A stretch of 64,000 nucleotides of DNA, from the NCBI GenBank assembly GCA_963715195.1, contig CAVQRT010000002.1, forward strand, positions 64,001 through 128,000, written 5' to 3'. The translations under genes and the position numbers were made by a program. The notes beneath the pieces were generated by a model. It saw only the letters and a program-made list of their open reading frames with translations, searched no databases and was not told the origin of the DNA. Position 1 is the first letter of the stretch; each line of letters begins with the position of its first letter. This DNA is from Thermodesulfovibrionales bacterium (GTDB taxonomy: Bacteria; Nitrospirota; Thermodesulfovibrionia; Thermodesulfovibrionales; SM23-35). This document shows, one piece after another, positions 61,497 through 64,000 of the stretch.

Positions 61497-63321
61497 CTAT
61501 CTCCTCCGTCTCATCACTGCTGCGAATATGAACGGTATGAGCATGACTGTCAAGTCTGCGAGTGCTGTTACTGTATTCTGTCCGGTACCGATTGAACATC
61601 CACCCCCGCCGCCGTGCCTCTTCTTAGGAACTGTAACGGATACTGGATTTGAAGGAAAAGACTCGGCAAAATCGTTGAATGCCTTTATTCTGTAAGAATA
61701 TGAAGTACCAACTGATACAGAGGAATCCTCATAAGATGATGAGCCCGGAGGCAATTGGGATATGCCCGTAAAAACACCTCCGCCCGCGCTCCTCTCAACT
61801 ACATATCCACCTTCACCAGTTGCATTATCTTCCCATGAAAGAGAAACCCTTGTTGACGAACTGCCAGTTTTTGCTGTTAAATTAGTTGGCGCCAGGAGCG
61901 AGGACAGAGCCCGGTATGCATTGATTCTCCCACCTGTATAAATCCATCCTTCCAATGTTGGCTGAACATCGACATACCGCAGGATCGTGTTACGGACTTG
62001 CTGATAGTTGAATAAAGTATTATGGACGCCATCATAATAACTGCAGAGTAATCCCGCAAGGCCTGAAACATGTGGTGCTGCCATAGAAGTGCCTGCCATG
62101 TATTCCAGAACGCCATATCCCGTTTGATTAAGCGCATAAGGCACCGTACTAAATGTATAGACTCCCGGAGCAGCCACATGAACAGTGGTGATACCATAAT
62201 TGCTGAACGGCACTCTTGTGTCATCCTGATCGGTGGCAGCGACAGATATAATGTTAAAAGGTTTGTAGCTTGCAGGATAAAAGGGCATAAGATCATTGTT
62301 ATCCCCTGCGCCGTCCTCACCACCGTTGCCTGCTGCAGCGACAAACAGGATCCCTTCAGCATTCAATGACCAAATAGCATCCTCAACCGCCTTGGAATAT
62401 TCACCGCCACCCAGACTTGCATTGATTACACGGATGTTTGCCCCTTTCTGCTTCAAGGAAACCAGATAATTAATTGCATCAATAAGCTCTGAATTTTCCC
62501 CTACTCCCTCCTCATTGAGAATCTTAATGGCCATAAGTTTCGCATGCCACATAACCCCGGCAATTCCGTTGCCGTTGTTCCCCGCAGCAGCAATAATCCC
62601 AGCAACATGTGTGCCGTGTCCATCATCATCCATTGGATTGTTATTGTCGTTAACAAAATTCCACCCGTAACAGTCATCAGTAAAACCATTACCATCTTCA
62701 TCGTACCCATCTGTGCAACTGGACTCTCCTGGATTCTGCCAAATATTATTAACTAAGTCGTCATGAGTAAATGCTATACCAGTATCGAGCACGGCAATAA
62801 GGATGTTGGAATTACCTGTGGCGATGTCCCAGGCTTCCGGGGCATCGATATCAGCATCAGCAGTTCCGCCCGCATATGTTCCATCATTATGGAGTGACCA
62901 TTGGTTTCTGAAATAAGGGTCATTTGGAAAAGTTGCTGCACGGATAATATAGTTAGGCTCTGCATATTCCACATTCGGATCCGTCATATAATTCTTTACC
63001 GCCTCTAGCACGGATACACTCTTTGGCAATTGAACAAGTTCAAGGTTAGGCACGATGTCGTACTTCCTGACAACAGAGGAACCGACTGCTTTATGAACCT
63101 GCTGAGATGACGCATTCACGACATCAGACTTAAATTTAACAAGGAGTTCCCCCTCTTTATAATTGTCCTTTCGCTGCTTGAGCGAGAATAGATTGGGCAC
63201 TGATATTTACACTCCCAACTTCGTTTGAAGATCCTGACGAGATGCTCGCCGTCTTGTCACTGCCGCAAGCAGCAAGAATCAAAACAACTAAAAGATAGGA
63301 AAAATAGAGCAATTTCCTCAT
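61497..63321 (-). CDS. Lipoprotein S8 subtilase with FN3 domain and Gly-rich/Cys C-terminal sorting signal; 1-bp frameshift near 63160
   Basis: Upstream frame MRKLLYFSYLLVVLILAAC (lipobox); VLDTG/HGTHVAG/GTSMAAP triad; GGGGGCSIG...TM...RRRR. Confidence 0.88.
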
Positions 63322-63418
63322 TTTCTCACTCCTTTATATAATGCTTTTGTTTTCATCCCAGTTCAGAGTCCTTCAAACTTCTTAGATGGTGGGTTTAAAC
63401 CCACTCTAAAATTACAAA

Positions 63419-64000
63419 TTACTGTACTGTTATCGTTGCTGACGCTGTTCCACCTACTGAATCTGAAACATCAAGAGTTGCTGTACCCACTGTGGCGGTT
63501 GCTGGAACTGAAACCGTTATAGTAGCTCCATTCCATATCCCCAGTTCCCCACCATCACGTATGCAGTTATTTGCAGTCCCGCCACCAGCACCGTTGTCAT
63601 TAAAAGCCCGATTTATGTTACTTGATGACGTTGTATATTGGGGTGTACCACCTGAAATGGTGAAGGTAAACGTTGAACATATTCCCGTTATAGTCGAAAC
63701 AGTAGGTGGGTTAATAGACAATGCTACTGGCTCTGGTTCCGGCTCTGGTTCGGGTTCAGGAGCTATTATCGTCACAGCGATACTATCCGATTTTCCAGCA
63801 GCAGAGGCTGTAATGTTTGCCGTTGCATCCAATGCTCCCGCATCAAGGGTAGGAGCATTATAAGTTGCCTCGGCTATGCCGTCTATCGTTTGGCTAAATG
63901 GATCAATACCGCCGAGATTTGTCGTAAAATTCACCGATGTCCCGTCAGGTGCCGGAGTACCTGCTGTTGTCGTCACATATGCTGTAACTGTTGAAATTTC
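63419..64000 (-). CDS. C-terminal part of an Ig-like (invasin/Big_1-type) surface protein; 5' end outside the window
   Basis: PAPDGTSVNFTT...GIAEATY...ITASA, PEPEPEPEP linker, Thr/Gly-rich beta domain. Confidence 0.65.
   Translation of the reverse strand, partial: EISTVTAYVTTTAGTPAPDGTSVNFTTNLGGIDPFSQTIDGIAEATYNAPTLDAGALDATANITASAAGKSDSIAVTIIAPEPEPEPEPEPVALSINPPTVSTITGICSTFTFTISGGTPQYTTSSSNINRAFNDNGAGGGTANNCIRDGGELGIWNGATITVSVPATATVGTATLDVSDSVGGTASATITVQ

Overview
A 64-kb chromosomal window from an anaerobic Gram-negative bacterium; gene content and order suggest Nitrospirota, probably Thermodesulfovibrionia-like (inference). From left to right: (1) a redox and oxidative/nitrosative-stress block (2-oxoacid:ferredoxin oxidoreductase alpha, ferritin-like proteins, ferredoxin, FprA, rubrerythrin, octaheme HAO-like cytochrome, iron-sulfur flavoprotein) that includes two radical SAM/SPASM genes and an unannotated 20-aa Cys-rich peptide ORF; (2) a lipid A acyltransferase and a Lon-like protease; (3) a CHASE2 cyclase / FecR-TPR-beta-barrel / small secreted protein module; (4) housekeeping genes (xerD, atpF'FHAGDC, bioFD, lysA-dapF-dapA, aconitase, tRNA-Lys/Glu, aspS, aroC); (5) a gspC-N type II secretion cluster bracketed by two lipoprotein subtilases with Gly-rich/Cys C-terminal sorting signals, next to a CPBP intramembrane protease. 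The top findings are a secretin (GspD) ending in a subtilase propeptide-like domain that matches the prodomains of the two flanking proteases, and a candidate minimal RiPP system. Several dispersed short repeat families have inserted in frame into housekeeping genes. Several genes, including atpF, carry 1-bp indels that are probably sequencing errors.
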